A DNA stretch of 41,660 nt from assembly GCA_045657985.1 (NCBI GenBank), contig JAZOUF010000029.1, positions 1-41,660 of the forward strand, written 5' to 3'. The notes beneath the pieces were generated by a model. That model was not told where the DNA came from, did not search any database, and saw only the letters and a list, made by a program, of their open reading frames with translations. Numbering within the stretch: the stretch's first letter is position 1; each line of letters begins with the position of its first letter. The DNA comes from Candidatus Nanosyncoccus sp. Lineage in GTDB: Bacteria > Patescibacteriota > Saccharimonadia > Saccharimonadales > Saccharimonadaceae. The position numbers were made by a program, and so were the translations under genes. Shown one piece after another: positions 17,452 through 27,154 of this stretch.

Positions 17452-18060
17452 CTACAGTTTAGTCCTATTCTCCAATGCCGCCGTTAACGTAATCTGGTCA
17501 GCGTAAGAAAGGTCTACACCGAGCGGTAAACCACGTGCCAGCCGTGTTAATTTGAGATTTGGCTTTGTCTCATGGAGCATTTTTTCAAGTAGCAACGCAG
17601 TAGATTCACCTTCAACGGATGGGTTGGTAGCAATAATCACCTCCTCCACACCATCTTGCTCCACTCGTTTGATTAACTCTTTAATATGCAATTGGTCAGG
17701 CGTGACACCGTCAATCGGCGACACTGCACCACCCAACACATGATAAGTGCCTTTATAGCCATGTGTTGCCTCTATAGCATAAATATCAAGCGGCTCCTCC
17801 ACGACGAGTACGGTCGTCCTGTCGCGTTCTTGATCAGCGTAGAGCGACGAGATTTCTTCATTCGCATCAATGAGGGCAAATGTTATCGGGCAAGATTTTA
17901 CGCCGTCATGTAGATATGATAAAGCATCAGCAATCTCGTCTGCGATTTTCGCATCGGACTTAAAAAGATAATATGCGTATCTCTCTGCCGTTTTCGTCCC
18001 CACACCTGGCAAACGCCCCAGCGCCTCAATCACACTAGTTAGAGCCTTCGGAAGCATCAC
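17452..18060 (-). CDS. recR: Recombination mediator RecR
   Basis: LPGVGTKTAER, VVEEPLD, YHVLGG.VSPIDG, ATNPSVEGESTA, LARGLP.G. Confidence 0.95.
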   Translation of the reverse strand: MMLPKALTSVIEALGRLPGVGTKTAERYAYYLFKSDAKIADEIADALSYLHDGVKSCPITFALIDANEEISSLYADQERDRTTVLVVEEPLDIYAIEATHGYKGTYHVLGGAVSPIDGVTPDQLHIKELIKRVEQDGVEEVIIATNPSVEGESTALLLEKMLHETKPNLKLTRLARGLPLGVDLSYADQITLTAALENRTKL

Positions 18061-18074
18061 TACACCTGCTTAGA

Positions 18075-18371
18075 CTATAATCCCAAACCAGACAATCCAC
18101 CCATGAGCGGCTTCATCTTATCGGTGGCAATTTCTTGTGCCTTTGCAAAACCGTCACGCATGCAATTCTCAATCCACCGCTCAAGCTCGTGAATATCGTT
18201 AAGATCAATCTTTTCTGGATCAATTTTAACCTTCTTCACCTTAAGTTCGCCATTGATTTGAATTACTACTGCCCCATCACCAGCCTCAACTTCGACAATT
18301 TCGTTCTTAAGTTCTTTTTGCGCTTTGCGAAGCTGGTTCAAAAGCTTCATCTGGTCCATAGTTTGACCCAT
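18075..18371 (-). CDS. ybaB: YbaB/EbfC nucleoid-associated protein
   Basis: AGDGAVVIQINGE motif, 98 aa, directly upstream of recR. Confidence 0.9.
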   Translation of the reverse strand: MGQTMDQMKLLNQLRKAQKELKNEIVEVEAGDGAVVIQINGELKVKKVKIDPEKIDLNDIHELERWIENCMRDGFAKAQEIATDKMKPLMGGLSGLGL

Positions 18372-18373
18372 CT

Positions 18374-19813
18374 TTATTCTCCTTTCACTGTATATAGATA
18401 TATTATATCAGAATTTTCACGCATTGATGAGGTAATAATCCGATTTAACACGTAGCCATCGTCGTCCAACTTGCCGCCAAGTACTGCCACTTTCTCATCT
18501 TTTTTCTCGTCGAGTTTATCTACGACGCGTATGCTGCTCTTATTCTCTAGAATCTTATAAAAATCATAATCCTTGTTAACGAGAAGCACGCCATCTTCTA
18601 CGTTATCATTCACGATTTTTAAATCATAGCTAAACTGTTCTGTTACACTTGGATTATATCTATAGCCATATACATACTCCAATAGGCTCGGTATTATCAT
18701 TAAACCGAACAACATGGATAATGGCACTAGTGCTGCAATGCGAGCATAAGGGTTTTCGGGAAATAGTCCATACCATTTCTCTAGCAAATACTTAATACCA
18801 TGAGCAACTAGGATTGCAAACGGTAAAATAATAAACACTATTGCATCCGGGTTAAACCCACAAATAATTAGCGTAAACACGAGAAGTAGTGTAGCGATAG
18901 AATTGCGCGAAGCAAAAAATCCTTTTGTCGTGGAAAATAGCCCAATCAGCGCCAATGTGAATAGCGGCAGGCTAATCAACGGTACTAGGAATACACTTTC
19001 TACTGTTCCGCTCCACATAAATGCCGGGGAGATACCGTGCCAAATATTCGGTAGAAAATTGCCAACTTCAAAATCGCGTGCGAATAGTAACTCCATGATC
19101 GTATCAGGGTGATTGATAATGTTTAATAATAAAGCTACAATGCCACCTATGACAACAATGCCAACGATGGAAAGTGGTAATTTCGGCAAACTCTTAACGA
19201 TAAATCTAAGATGCGGCTGAAATAGTACAAATAATACACAGAATATCGCAAAATAAATCATATACGGCGTGAATATAGCAAGCAGCAATGCTATAGCAAA
19301 CAACAAAGAATACATCGGCTTTGGCCGTTTTTCACCCTGGATTTTTGAGCCAAGCCAAAGCAGTAAAGTTGGCCAAAAGACTAGCATAATTAGTGGTGTG
19401 CCAGAACCTGCCAAAAACAAAAACGGCGTCGACAGTACCACAAGACACGAAGCAAGTAACGACACATTACTCTTAAACCATCTATTTAGCAGCAGTATCA
19501 GCATCAAACCAAGACCAAGACCGATTACGATACTAGGGAGTTTAATTGCGAATGGCGTAAGCCCCAGTAGCCTGATTGATATTTTTTGCAGTACACGATA
19601 TGGCAAATCCACCAAATCGCCGTTTAATGGCGCGTCAAAACCAAGCTCATAAGAACTCACGACAGATTGCATTTCCGCATCTGACAATCCAGTTTGCGCA
19701 AAAAAAGGTAACGTTAATAATAAAAATACAAATGCTAATCCAAGTATCGTGTAACCGATAATAAACCGGTATCTGTATAAAAAAAGGTTAGAAATAATAA
19801 TTTTCTTCACCAT
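18374..19813 (-). CDS. Polytopic membrane protein, GT-C (PMT/ArnT-like) glycosyltransferase-like
   Basis: More than 10 TM segments; LPY...GLTPFAIKLPS resembles the GT-C loop motif. Confidence 0.55.
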   Translation of the reverse strand: MVKKIIISNLFLYRYRFIIGYTILGLAFVFLLLTLPFFAQTGLSDAEMQSVVSSYELGFDAPLNGDLVDLPYRVLQKISIRLLGLTPFAIKLPSIVIGLGLGLMLILLLNRWFKSNVSLLASCLVVLSTPFLFLAGSGTPLIMLVFWPTLLLWLGSKIQGEKRPKPMYSLLFAIALLLAIFTPYMIYFAIFCVLFVLFQPHLRFIVKSLPKLPLSIVGIVVIGGIVALLLNIINHPDTIMELLFARDFEVGNFLPNIWHGISPAFMWSGTVESVFLVPLISLPLFTLALIGLFSTTKGFFASRNSIATLLLVFTLIICGFNPDAIVFIILPFAILVAHGIKYLLEKWYGLFPENPYARIAALVPLSMLFGLMIIPSLLEYVYGYRYNPSVTEQFSYDLKIVNDNVEDGVLLVNKDYDFYKILENKSSIRVVDKLDEKKDEKVAVLGGKLDDDGYVLNRIITSSMRENSDIIYLYTVKGE

Positions 19814-19847
19814 TTAATTATAGCATAATGGCAATAAATGCGCAAAA

Positions 19848-21215
19848 TTATTCTGGTCGCGTCTTATCGAGTGACATAAACCTGAGTAACTCTGGATGGA
19901 AATAAAGTTCAATTTTACCAATTGCACCATGGCGGTGTTTCGCTACTAATAATTCAGTAATATGAGTCTCTTCGTAATTGTCGTCATTGGCTTTATAGTA
20001 ATCTGGACGATGTAAGAACATCACGAGGTCTGCATCTTGCTCAATAGAGCCAGATTCACGAAGGTCCGAAAGTACAGGGCGCGGATCGTCGCGACCAGTT
20101 ACGTTACGCGACAGCTGCGCTAGCGCTACAACAGGTATTTCTAATTCGCGTGCTAAAATTTTCAACCCACGTGATATCTCCGTTACTTCCTGTACGCGAT
20201 TCCCTGCGTACCTATCTGAACCTTGAATGAGCTGCAAATAATCCACAATTACTATTCCAATATCATGGTCATGTTGTGCACGTCTCGCTTTATTCCTCAA
20301 ATCTGTAATCGTCATTGAACTCGTATCGTCAATGTAAATTGGGATTTCGTCCATCTCGCCCATTGCATCGCCAATACGTGAGAACTCTTCCTCGGTCAAA
20401 TTGCCAGTACGAATGTTCCAGTTATTTACACCAGATACGTCGGAAATCATCCGGTCCACAATTTCGTTTGCCGCCATTTCCATTGAGAAGAATAAGACAC
20501 CACGTTTATTCATGCTGGCGATATTGTAAGCTAAATTTTGTGCGAAAGTTGTTTTACCCATTGCTGGGCGCGCACCGATAATTACCAAATCACCCTTCTG
20601 AAAACCAGCTGTTTTTTTATCAAGATCGCGAAAACCAGTTTTAAGCCCACGCAACGCTCCTTTATTTTTCTGCAATTCTTCAATTCGATCAAACGCATCG
20701 GCCAATAGTTCGTCCATTGGCACATAATCACTTTTTATAATCTTATCTGATACCTCAAATAATTCTTTCTCTGCTGCGCCAATTAGGTCACTCACATTGG
20801 CATCTTCCTCGTACGCTTTATTGGCGATATGCGTGCCAGCTTGAATTAGTTTACGTCTCGTAGAAGCTTTCTCAATAATATCAGCATAAGCTTTAGCGTG
20901 TGATGCAGCTGGCACAAAATTAGACAATTCGGTTAAATATGGCGCTCCCCCCACGTCCTTTAGTTTTTTCAATGTTTTTAATTCCGCCGTAAGGGTCAAC
21001 AAATCAATCGGCCGATGCTGATCGTAAAGATTCATCATTGCATCAAAAATTATCTGATGCCTTTCTTCGTAAAAATCCTTCGGGCGTATAATATTCAAAA
21101 CTTCCGGCAATACGCCATCAGAAATCATCACTGCACCGAGCAAAGATTTCTCAGCAACAGTATCTTGCGGTGGCACCCGGCCACTACTATTAGAATGGGT
21201 TACCTCCTCCGTCAT
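19848..21215 (-). CDS. dnaB: Replicative DNA helicase
   Basis: PPQD..AE, ARPAMGKT, FSMEM, VDYLQL, QLSR, SDLRESGSIEQDAD. Start set at MTEEV; overlaps the dnaX 3' end. Confidence 0.97.
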   Translation of the reverse strand: MTEEVTHSNSSGRVPPQDTVAEKSLLGAVMISDGVLPEVLNIIRPKDFYEERHQIIFDAMMNLYDQHRPIDLLTLTAELKTLKKLKDVGGAPYLTELSNFVPAASHAKAYADIIEKASTRRKLIQAGTHIANKAYEEDANVSDLIGAAEKELFEVSDKIIKSDYVPMDELLADAFDRIEELQKNKGALRGLKTGFRDLDKKTAGFQKGDLVIIGARPAMGKTTFAQNLAYNIASMNKRGVLFFSMEMAANEIVDRMISDVSGVNNWNIRTGNLTEEEFSRIGDAMGEMDEIPIYIDDTSSMTITDLRNKARRAQHDHDIGIVIVDYLQLIQGSDRYAGNRVQEVTEISRGLKILARELEIPVVALAQLSRNVTGRDDPRPVLSDLRESGSIEQDADLVMFLHRPDYYKANDDNYEETHITELLVAKHRHGAIGKIELYFHPELLRFMSLDKTRPE

Positions 21216-22500
21216 TTTGTACCTCACCACCCATTATATCAGAAATTTTAGAAACCAACGCATCCTTTTTTGCGTTTGGATTCTCGCCCACGTCATGAAC
21301 TACGACCTTAAGACCACCAGCTGCATCGTTCAAGATTTTCTTATTATTATCTCTACCGAGAATGGTTTTACCAATTCTTTTGGTTGGATAAATATCAAGA
21401 GTATTGCCGTTTACGGCATATTCTACATTTTTAAGTTGCATATAAATTGCGTCGTTCATTCCGCGTACTGTTTCCATGAACTTCTCCCAATCAAAAGGAG
21501 ATTGCGTACTAATATTTGTCGGTTGTTCATTGTGCGGCATCGAGGGCAATCTCATGGATTCCGAAGAACGATTGCCGGGTGACTCAGTCAGTACCACCAG
21601 TAGTCTCGCCTCCGCAAACGGCGCTTTAATATCGGTCAATTTTGAAAGAAGTGACAATAGCTCCGCTTTCGGCTCATCAATTATATGCGAAATCATTTCC
21701 TCAGTTAAAGTCTCGGCTTTAATGCCGGAAGAAAGTAATTCTTTTAAATCATTTGTTATTTTGGTTATATCCCCCAAAAGATAATCATTTAGTAACTCGG
21801 TAATCTTTTCTTCTTCTGGTAAACCCATAGCTGATACGACAAGTTCCTTTGTAGTTTCGCCGTCGGATAACGTAGAGATTTGATCCAGCAAGGATAATGA
21901 ATCACGAAATGAGCCGCCACCTCGTTTAACGATTATGTCTAGCGCGGCATCATTGATCTTTATGTTTTCTTTGTTGCAGATCTCGCGCAAATGTTTAAAC
22001 ATCACGCTAGGTTCGGCTAACCTGAACGTAAAAGTTTGCGCACGCGACGTAATCGTAACAGGTACCTTATATGCGTCAGTCGTCGCCATTATAAAAATAA
22101 CATGTTCGGGCGGCTCTTCTAGGGTTTTAAGTAAAGCATTAAATGCCTCCTTGGTGAGCATATGCACTTCATCAATAATATAAACTTTGTATTTACCAGA
22201 CGTCGGGGCGATAGCTACTTTCTCGCGTAATTCCCTAATGTTATCGATTCCGCGATTACTCGCACCATCAATTTCAATAATGTCAACATAATCGTCTTCT
22301 AGATTATACTGGAAGCCATTTACTTCGTGAGCCAAAATCCTAGCTACACTCGTTTTGCCACAGCCCCGCGGCCCTACGAAAAGGTACGCATGACCAATCT
22401 TGCCAGCTTCTAAAGATTTAAGAAGTGGCTCCGTCACTTGCGGCTGACCGACCACTTCACTCAGCGCCAACGGTCTGTATCGCCGATATAAATTCTTCAC
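21190..22500 (-). CDS. dnaX: DNA polymerase III subunit gamma/tau
   Basis: LYRRYRP, GPRGCGKT, EIDGASN, IDEVHML, NALLKTLEEPP. GTG start. Confidence 0.96.
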   Translation of the reverse strand: MKNLYRRYRPLALSEVVGQPQVTEPLLKSLEAGKIGHAYLFVGPRGCGKTSVARILAHEVNGFQYNLEDDYVDIIEIDGASNRGIDNIRELREKVAIAPTSGKYKVYIIDEVHMLTKEAFNALLKTLEEPPEHVIFIMATTDAYKVPVTITSRAQTFTFRLAEPSVMFKHLREICNKENIKINDAALDIIVKRGGGSFRDSLSLLDQISTLSDGETTKELVVSAMGLPEEEKITELLNDYLLGDITKITNDLKELLSSGIKAETLTEEMISHIIDEPKAELLSLLSKLTDIKAPFAEARLLVVLTESPGNRSSESMRLPSMPHNEQPTNISTQSPFDWEKFMETVRGMNDAIYMQLKNVEYAVNGNTLDIYPTKRIGKTILGRDNNKKILNDAAGGLKVVVHDVGENPNAKKDALVSKISDIMGGEVQNDGGGNPF

Positions 22501-23021
22501 TACAAAGCAGCCTCAACTGCCGCCCATGTCGCATCATCATTTTGTGCAGGTATCGTCACTGAAACTTGTGATCCTTCACGCAAATGAAAATACGTTACGG
22601 ATGCGTAAAGAATTTGATACTCTTTGCCAGCTACTTCTACATAATACTTATCATCATGATGCGTAAGAGTACCAATTACTGTTTTACGCTCTACCGGACC
22701 GATCTGCTTATATAAGAATCTGCCGTCCTCAGTAATGGTGAGCTTCATGATGTCGCCTTCAACAAGTTTAGACTTAGAAGCATAATTTGCTGGTACGGGA
22801 TAATTTTTGCCATCTGGTCCAATCATAATCTGCCCATCAAAGATGCCTTCGACAATTTTACCTTCAGGCCCCGAAACAATCGTCTCACGTGGGGCAGTAA
22901 TCGTATCTCCATCACCAAGAATGGAAATTAGCAATTCTTTTGCAGCCGATAAGCTAGTCTCAGCTTCACTAATTAGGCTACGCAATCTTTTTATTTGTTT
23001 ATCTGGTATTTCAGACATCAC
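22500..23021 (-). CDS. Conserved hypothetical protein
   Basis: N-terminal coiled coil followed by VEGIFDGQ.M...YPVPANYASKSKLVEGD; abuts dnaX. I recall this motif from CPR genomes but have not verified it. Confidence 0.8.
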   Translation of the reverse strand: MMSEIPDKQIKRLRSLISEAETSLSAAKELLISILGDGDTITAPRETIVSGPEGKIVEGIFDGQIMIGPDGKNYPVPANYASKSKLVEGDIMKLTITEDGRFLYKQIGPVERKTVIGTLTHHDDKYYVEVAGKEYQILYASVTYFHLREGSQVSVTIPAQNDDATWAAVEAAL

Positions 23022-23176
23022 CTCGCATCCTGTCTACATAGTATTACTATTATATTATACCTGGCCAGCTGTAAAGTCAAGATTTTTCTTTCAAAGTTTT
23101 CCACCAATTTAACGGCGGTCATATGCAAAATGTTGTAAATTTTACAATAAACATAATCATAAAAAACGATTACGAA

Positions 23177-24229
23177 CTACTCTGATTTCCAAAGCCCAGT
23201 ATGTTTTTTATTATCAAAGAGCATCGTCGGGATCCCCTTGACCTTCAGTTCGTTTACCACGAGATCGGTATTCTCATTCATCTTGTCTGTAGTCTCTGGA
23301 TAGTTAGCGATTTTACGAACAGTTTCAATGCCACTCTTATCAAGTCCAGCTTCTTTCAGCCACCACTCCAGCAGATAAGTTGTTTCAGTTTCACCATAAT
23401 AATCGTTAAGCAATGTTTGATATGAAACACCGTCCTCATCCTTTTCTGTGAAAATATGATCAAGCAGCGTTATGGCAAGGCCTGAACGAATCTGCTCCGC
23501 CGCAAACATATAACGCACTACAATCGCCGAATTCGCAAACTTATATTTACCGTCTGCATCTTGAATAGCAAATGGCACCATGTGCACATCGTATTTGTCA
23601 AAGAACCCAGCTTCCTTCTGATTGCGATAAGACATCATGCACACAGAACATCCAGGATCAAATATATCTACAGCAATCGGTTTGTCAGCATTTTCGCCAG
23701 TATTCACTGAAACGTAATTAAAATCATAGTCTTCTGCATTATAAGTTCTAAACTTATCAGGAATCGCTTCAAAGATTTCTCCCCACTCCGTGAACCAGCG
23801 CCCAGTTGCTTCTACGATATTTGTCGGCTCAGACTCGTCAATTGAGCAAACTTCTGCACCAAGTGAACATGCCGATGGCTTCGTTACATTGCAAGAACCA
23901 AGCGCCCAGATTGCAAGCAAAGATTTAATAGCAGTAAGTAACGCCCACACTGCCACAATAACAATCACTACCGAAATCACCTCAATCACAACCGATAAAG
24001 GCCTGACCCATTTCGGATGTTTTACGATCACGCGCGACAAAATAGTATTCTTCACATCCTCCTTAAAGCCAGTTTCACACTTCTGCAACCTCACCTTTTT
24101 CCAAAGGCAACCCCACGCTTTCTTAAACATCTTCCAGTAGGCCTTTCCTACCTTTGGTTTAAAAATTGAAATAATGGCCACAAACACACCAATTAAGGCC
24201 AAAATAATAAATGCAGCTATACACACCAT
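23177..24229 (-). CDS. Membrane-anchored thioredoxin-fold (DsbA-like) protein
   Basis: N-terminal TMs, DPGCSVC CxxC, and C-terminal GIPT cis-Pro loop. Confidence 0.65.
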   Translation of the reverse strand: MVCIAAFIILALIGVFVAIISIFKPKVGKAYWKMFKKAWGCLWKKVRLQKCETGFKEDVKNTILSRVIVKHPKWVRPLSVVIEVISVVIVIVAVWALLTAIKSLLAIWALGSCNVTKPSACSLGAEVCSIDESEPTNIVEATGRWFTEWGEIFEAIPDKFRTYNAEDYDFNYVSVNTGENADKPIAVDIFDPGCSVCMMSYRNQKEAGFFDKYDVHMVPFAIQDADGKYKFANSAIVVRYMFAAEQIRSGLAITLLDHIFTEKDEDGVSYQTLLNDYYGETETTYLLEWWLKEAGLDKSGIETVRKIANYPETTDKMNENTDLVVNELKVKGIPTMLFDNKKHTGLWKSE

Positions 24230-24247
24230 AATATATACATTTTACCA

Positions 24248-25411
24248 CTAGTTTATTATTTTTGCCAAGACGCTTTTCGTTTTTTCAATATCTTCTGGAC
24301 GATTATGTAAACCAAGCGAAAATCTCATCAGCGGTGGCATGCCTAGCACGTGATCAAGATAATAATGTGCACAGAAATACCCAGTGCGTGCCATAATGCT
24401 CTCTCGCGACAACGCTTCACCCAGCAAGTGCGAATCAAGACCTTCTATGTAAAATGACATGGTTGGGTTTACTTCTTTATTAACCAAGTGTACTTTGCCA
24501 GAGCCGCGTAAAAACCCAAATAGTTCATTAGCATTATCATGTAAATTCTGCCAATCTTTTTTTGATAAACTATCTAGCCAGTCTAATGCTGCACCGAGTC
24601 CCACTATCTCACCCCACGCTTGAAGTCCTGATTCAAATCTAGTAAAACGATGTTCCTTATTCTCTGACGACAAAACATACGAATCCAAGTTCACGTCATC
24701 CACCATGCCGCCACCTACAAATAACGGCACTAAATAATCTTGCAGCTCATCTTTCCAAACAATTACACCAAGTGAAGGCGCGTATAACTTATGTGCCGAG
24801 AAACAAATCGCATCCACTTCCACGTCACGCAATACTTCAACAGAATGTGCCATGGCTTGCGCCGCATCAATGATTAAAATACCGCCTGCTTTATGCACTT
24901 TCTTGTTTAATTCTTCAATATTAAGTAATTTCCTACCATCAAAATTAGATGCACAGTTCACTACCACCACTGCATCCGTAAAATCATAATCTTCTAGCGG
25001 GATTGACGCGTCATCGTTTCGCCTCATTACATCGCGCGGCAATCCGCTTCGCTTTGCGAAAGCCATCGTCGCAAGAAACGGCGAATTATGTTCAATTTCG
25101 CTAGTCATTATTTTTTTAAACTTTTTTGCATCTAACTGGTTCAAAATTAGATTGATGCCGTAGGTTGTATTTAGCGTAAAAGAAACAGTATACTTCTTCC
25201 CCTTTAGCTTCAAATATTTTAAAACCTTCTCGCGCGCCATCTCAACCTTCTCGTCTGTTATTCTGCCCCATTTGTATTTCACGCGTTCGCCACACGAATT
25301 ATGCTCAGTGTAATAATTATTAATTGCGTCAATCACTGGTCGCGGCCTCAAACTTTGACAAGCCGAATCCAAGTATACTTCCCCCTCACCTAAATAGTCA
25401 AAATCTTCCAT
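24248..25411 (-). CDS. Class V PLP aminotransferase, SufS/CsdA-like cysteine desulfurase
   Basis: YLDSA, EHNS, DAAQ, SAHK (PLP Lys), RTGYFCA (catalytic Cys). Start set at MEDFDY. Confidence 0.85.
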   Translation of the reverse strand: MEDFDYLGEGEVYLDSACQSLRPRPVIDAINNYYTEHNSCGERVKYKWGRITDEKVEMAREKVLKYLKLKGKKYTVSFTLNTTYGINLILNQLDAKKFKKIMTSEIEHNSPFLATMAFAKRSGLPRDVMRRNDDASIPLEDYDFTDAVVVVNCASNFDGRKLLNIEELNKKVHKAGGILIIDAAQAMAHSVEVLRDVEVDAICFSAHKLYAPSLGVIVWKDELQDYLVPLFVGGGMVDDVNLDSYVLSSENKEHRFTRFESGLQAWGEIVGLGAALDWLDSLSKKDWQNLHDNANELFGFLRGSGKVHLVNKEVNPTMSFYIEGLDSHLLGEALSRESIMARTGYFCAHYYLDHVLGMPPLMRFSLGLHNRPEDIEKTKSVLAKIIN

Positions 25412-25427
25412 ATATCCATTATACACG

Positions 25428-25453
25428 AAAAACCACCCTTACGGGTGGTTTTC
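25428..25453 (-). terminator. Intrinsic terminator after rplL
   Basis: AAAACCACCC-GTAA-GGGTGGTTTTT. Confidence 0.85.
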
Positions 25454-25481
25454 TCATCACAATTAGCTAACTTAGGTATGC

Positions 25482-25856
25482 TTATGCTAGTTCTACGGTA
25501 GCACCAGCCTCTTCAAGGGCTTTCTTCATCGCTTCAGCGTCAGCCTTTGCGACCTTCTCTTTTACGGTTGCAGGAGCGCCATCAACGATAGCCTTAGCTT
25601 CACCAAGACCGAGTCCAGTAGCTTCTTTCACAGCCTTGATGACTGCAATCTTCTGAGCACCAGCATCTTTGAGCACTACGTCATATTCAGACTTGCCTTC
25701 ATCAGCGGCAGCACCATCAGCGCCACCAGCTACAGCTACAACAGCTGCTGCAGGCTCAATGCCATATTCATCTTTGAGTAAAGTTTTAAGTTCGTTAACC
25801 TCAAGCACAGTCATATTGACAAGCTCTTCGGCCAACTTTTTGATATCAGTTGCCAT
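25482..25856 (-). CDS. rplL: 50S ribosomal protein bL12 (L7/L12)
   Basis: [27 protein letters not shown]. Confidence 0.98.
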   Translation of the reverse strand: MATDIKKLAEELVNMTVLEVNELKTLLKDEYGIEPAAAVVAVAGGADGAAADEGKSEYDVVLKDAGAQKIAVIKAVKEATGLGLGEAKAIVDGAPATVKEKVAKADAEAMKKALEEAGATVELA

Positions 25857-25883
25857 ATGTAAATTCCTTTCTTAGGATTATTA

Positions 25884-26387
25884 TTAAGCGGTTGCTTTTT
25901 CTTCTGCGTGTTTTTCGAGGCCAGAAACGATACCATTGACACCAGAAAGCAGAGTATCCACCACCTGTGCGATAAGTTCGTTCTTGGTCGGAAGCGAGCC
26001 GAGAGTTTTTACTTCTTCTGTTGAAAGCGTAACACCTTCACCATTGAAGCCACCGACGAGTTCCATTTTGGCGTGAGTCTTCGCAAATTTAGTTAAGACC
26101 TTCGCCGCATCAAAGTCCTCATCAGAACCTAGTGCATAAAGAAGCTGTCCAGTCAAATTTGAAGCATCCGTATCTTTATAAGCAGCGATTTCTTTCATCG
26201 CGACCTTCACCAGACGGTTCTTCACGACCTTGATCTTCACATCAGACTCTCTTGCGAGCTTCCTGAGTTCTTGTAACTCCGCTACGGTCAAACCTTCATA
26301 TTTGGCATATACGACCATTTTGGAATTAGAAAGAAGCTCGGTAAGATCAGCAACCAACGTATTCTTTTTATCTCTTGAAATTGCCAT
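25884..26387 (-). CDS. rplJ: 50S ribosomal protein uL10
   Basis: YEGLTV, VVKNRL, LPTKNEL; upstream of rplL. Confidence 0.96.
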   Translation of the reverse strand: MAISRDKKNTLVADLTELLSNSKMVVYAKYEGLTVAELQELRKLARESDVKIKVVKNRLVKVAMKEIAAYKDTDASNLTGQLLYALGSDEDFDAAKVLTKFAKTHAKMELVGGFNGEGVTLSTEEVKTLGSLPTKNELIAQVVDTLLSGVNGIVSGLEKHAEEKATA

Positions 26388-26441
26388 AAAAAGTTCCTTT
26401 GGTTAATTAATAAAATAAAAGTTAGCTAATTGTTAAACTCC

Positions 26442-26514
26442 GTCACCAAATAATTATAAGAATAATTCCTCGGTAGCATTATTAAAGGCAAACCTCGCTA
26501 CTGTCTTTGGTAAC
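26442..26514 (-). promoter_or_regulatory. L10 leader (ribosomal protein autoregulatory RNA)
   Basis: CCAAAGACAGTAGC...TTAA...GCTACCGAGG core with outer GTTACCAAA/TTTGGTGAC helix, upstream of rplJ. Confidence 0.85.
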
Positions 26515-26521
26515 TAAAAAC

Positions 26522-26550
26522 ATTATACCCTACATAATCTCAAAAGTCAA
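26522..26550 (-). promoter_or_regulatory. Sigma70 promoter of rplJL
   Basis: TTGACT-N17-TATAAT. Confidence 0.8.
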
Positions 26551-27110
26551 GCGTGCTTCGTAGTGAAAAATTGCGTCAACCCACCAACCGCCGCAAATCC
26601 CGCAAGCATCGGGAAATAAAACACCTCACCCTTAATCTCCGGAAACCAAGTGAGAAGTGCTACCGTCAAAGCATAAGCACCCGCGACTGCCGTTGCGATA
26701 ATAATGGCTGGTTTCATTAAAGTTACTGCAAGCGCACCAAGTATTATGCCCACCACGGCACCAACAGCAATTACTGGTATCTCCGTACCAAAGTATTCTA
26801 CGGCCACCATAATAGATAACCCAAATACAATCCCCCCCACGCACAGTTTTTCAATTGTGAATCCAAGCAGCGCAAGCAGCAACCCTCCCGCAATTGGCAA
26901 AAGTATTTGCCATAAATTATTATCAGCAATTGCCGGCACCCAGCCATTAAGATATGGCATAATCGTATCCATCAAGCTATACCCCAAAAGAAACCAGATT
27001 ATAAAAAACGCTACCTTCTTAATCCGGTAACCCAAAAATAACAAAAGCACACCTATAATTACCATCGTGATTAGCTCTGGTGTCTGCAAGCGTGATAAAT
27101 CTATGTCCAT
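26547..27110 (-). CDS. Membrane protein, DUF4203/TMEM198-like
   Basis: Gly-rich TMs; LFLGYRI.K and IATAVAGA motifs. Confidence 0.7.
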   Translation of the reverse strand: MDIDLSRLQTPELITMVIIGVLLLFLGYRIKKVAFFIIWFLLGYSLMDTIMPYLNGWVPAIADNNLWQILLPIAGGLLLALLGFTIEKLCVGGIVFGLSIMVAVEYFGTEIPVIAVGAVVGIILGALAVTLMKPAIIIATAVAGAYALTVALLTWFPEIKGEVFYFPMLAGFAAVGGLTQFFTTKHA

Positions 27111-27126
27111 AACTATATATTAGCAT

Positions 27127-27152
27127 AAAAAATAGCCCCGCAGGGCTATTTT
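27127..27152 (-). terminator. Intrinsic terminator after rplA
   Basis: AAATAGCCC-loop-GGGCTATTT followed by a T-run. Confidence 0.8.
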
Positions 27153-27154
27153 AT

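Noticed and set aside
21547-21584. GGCAATC/GATTGCC hairpin with adjacent CGGGTGAC in the dnaX linker
   Set aside because: Only an 8 nt match to the element end, with no GGCAGGACCC partner or rod structure; compatible with chance.
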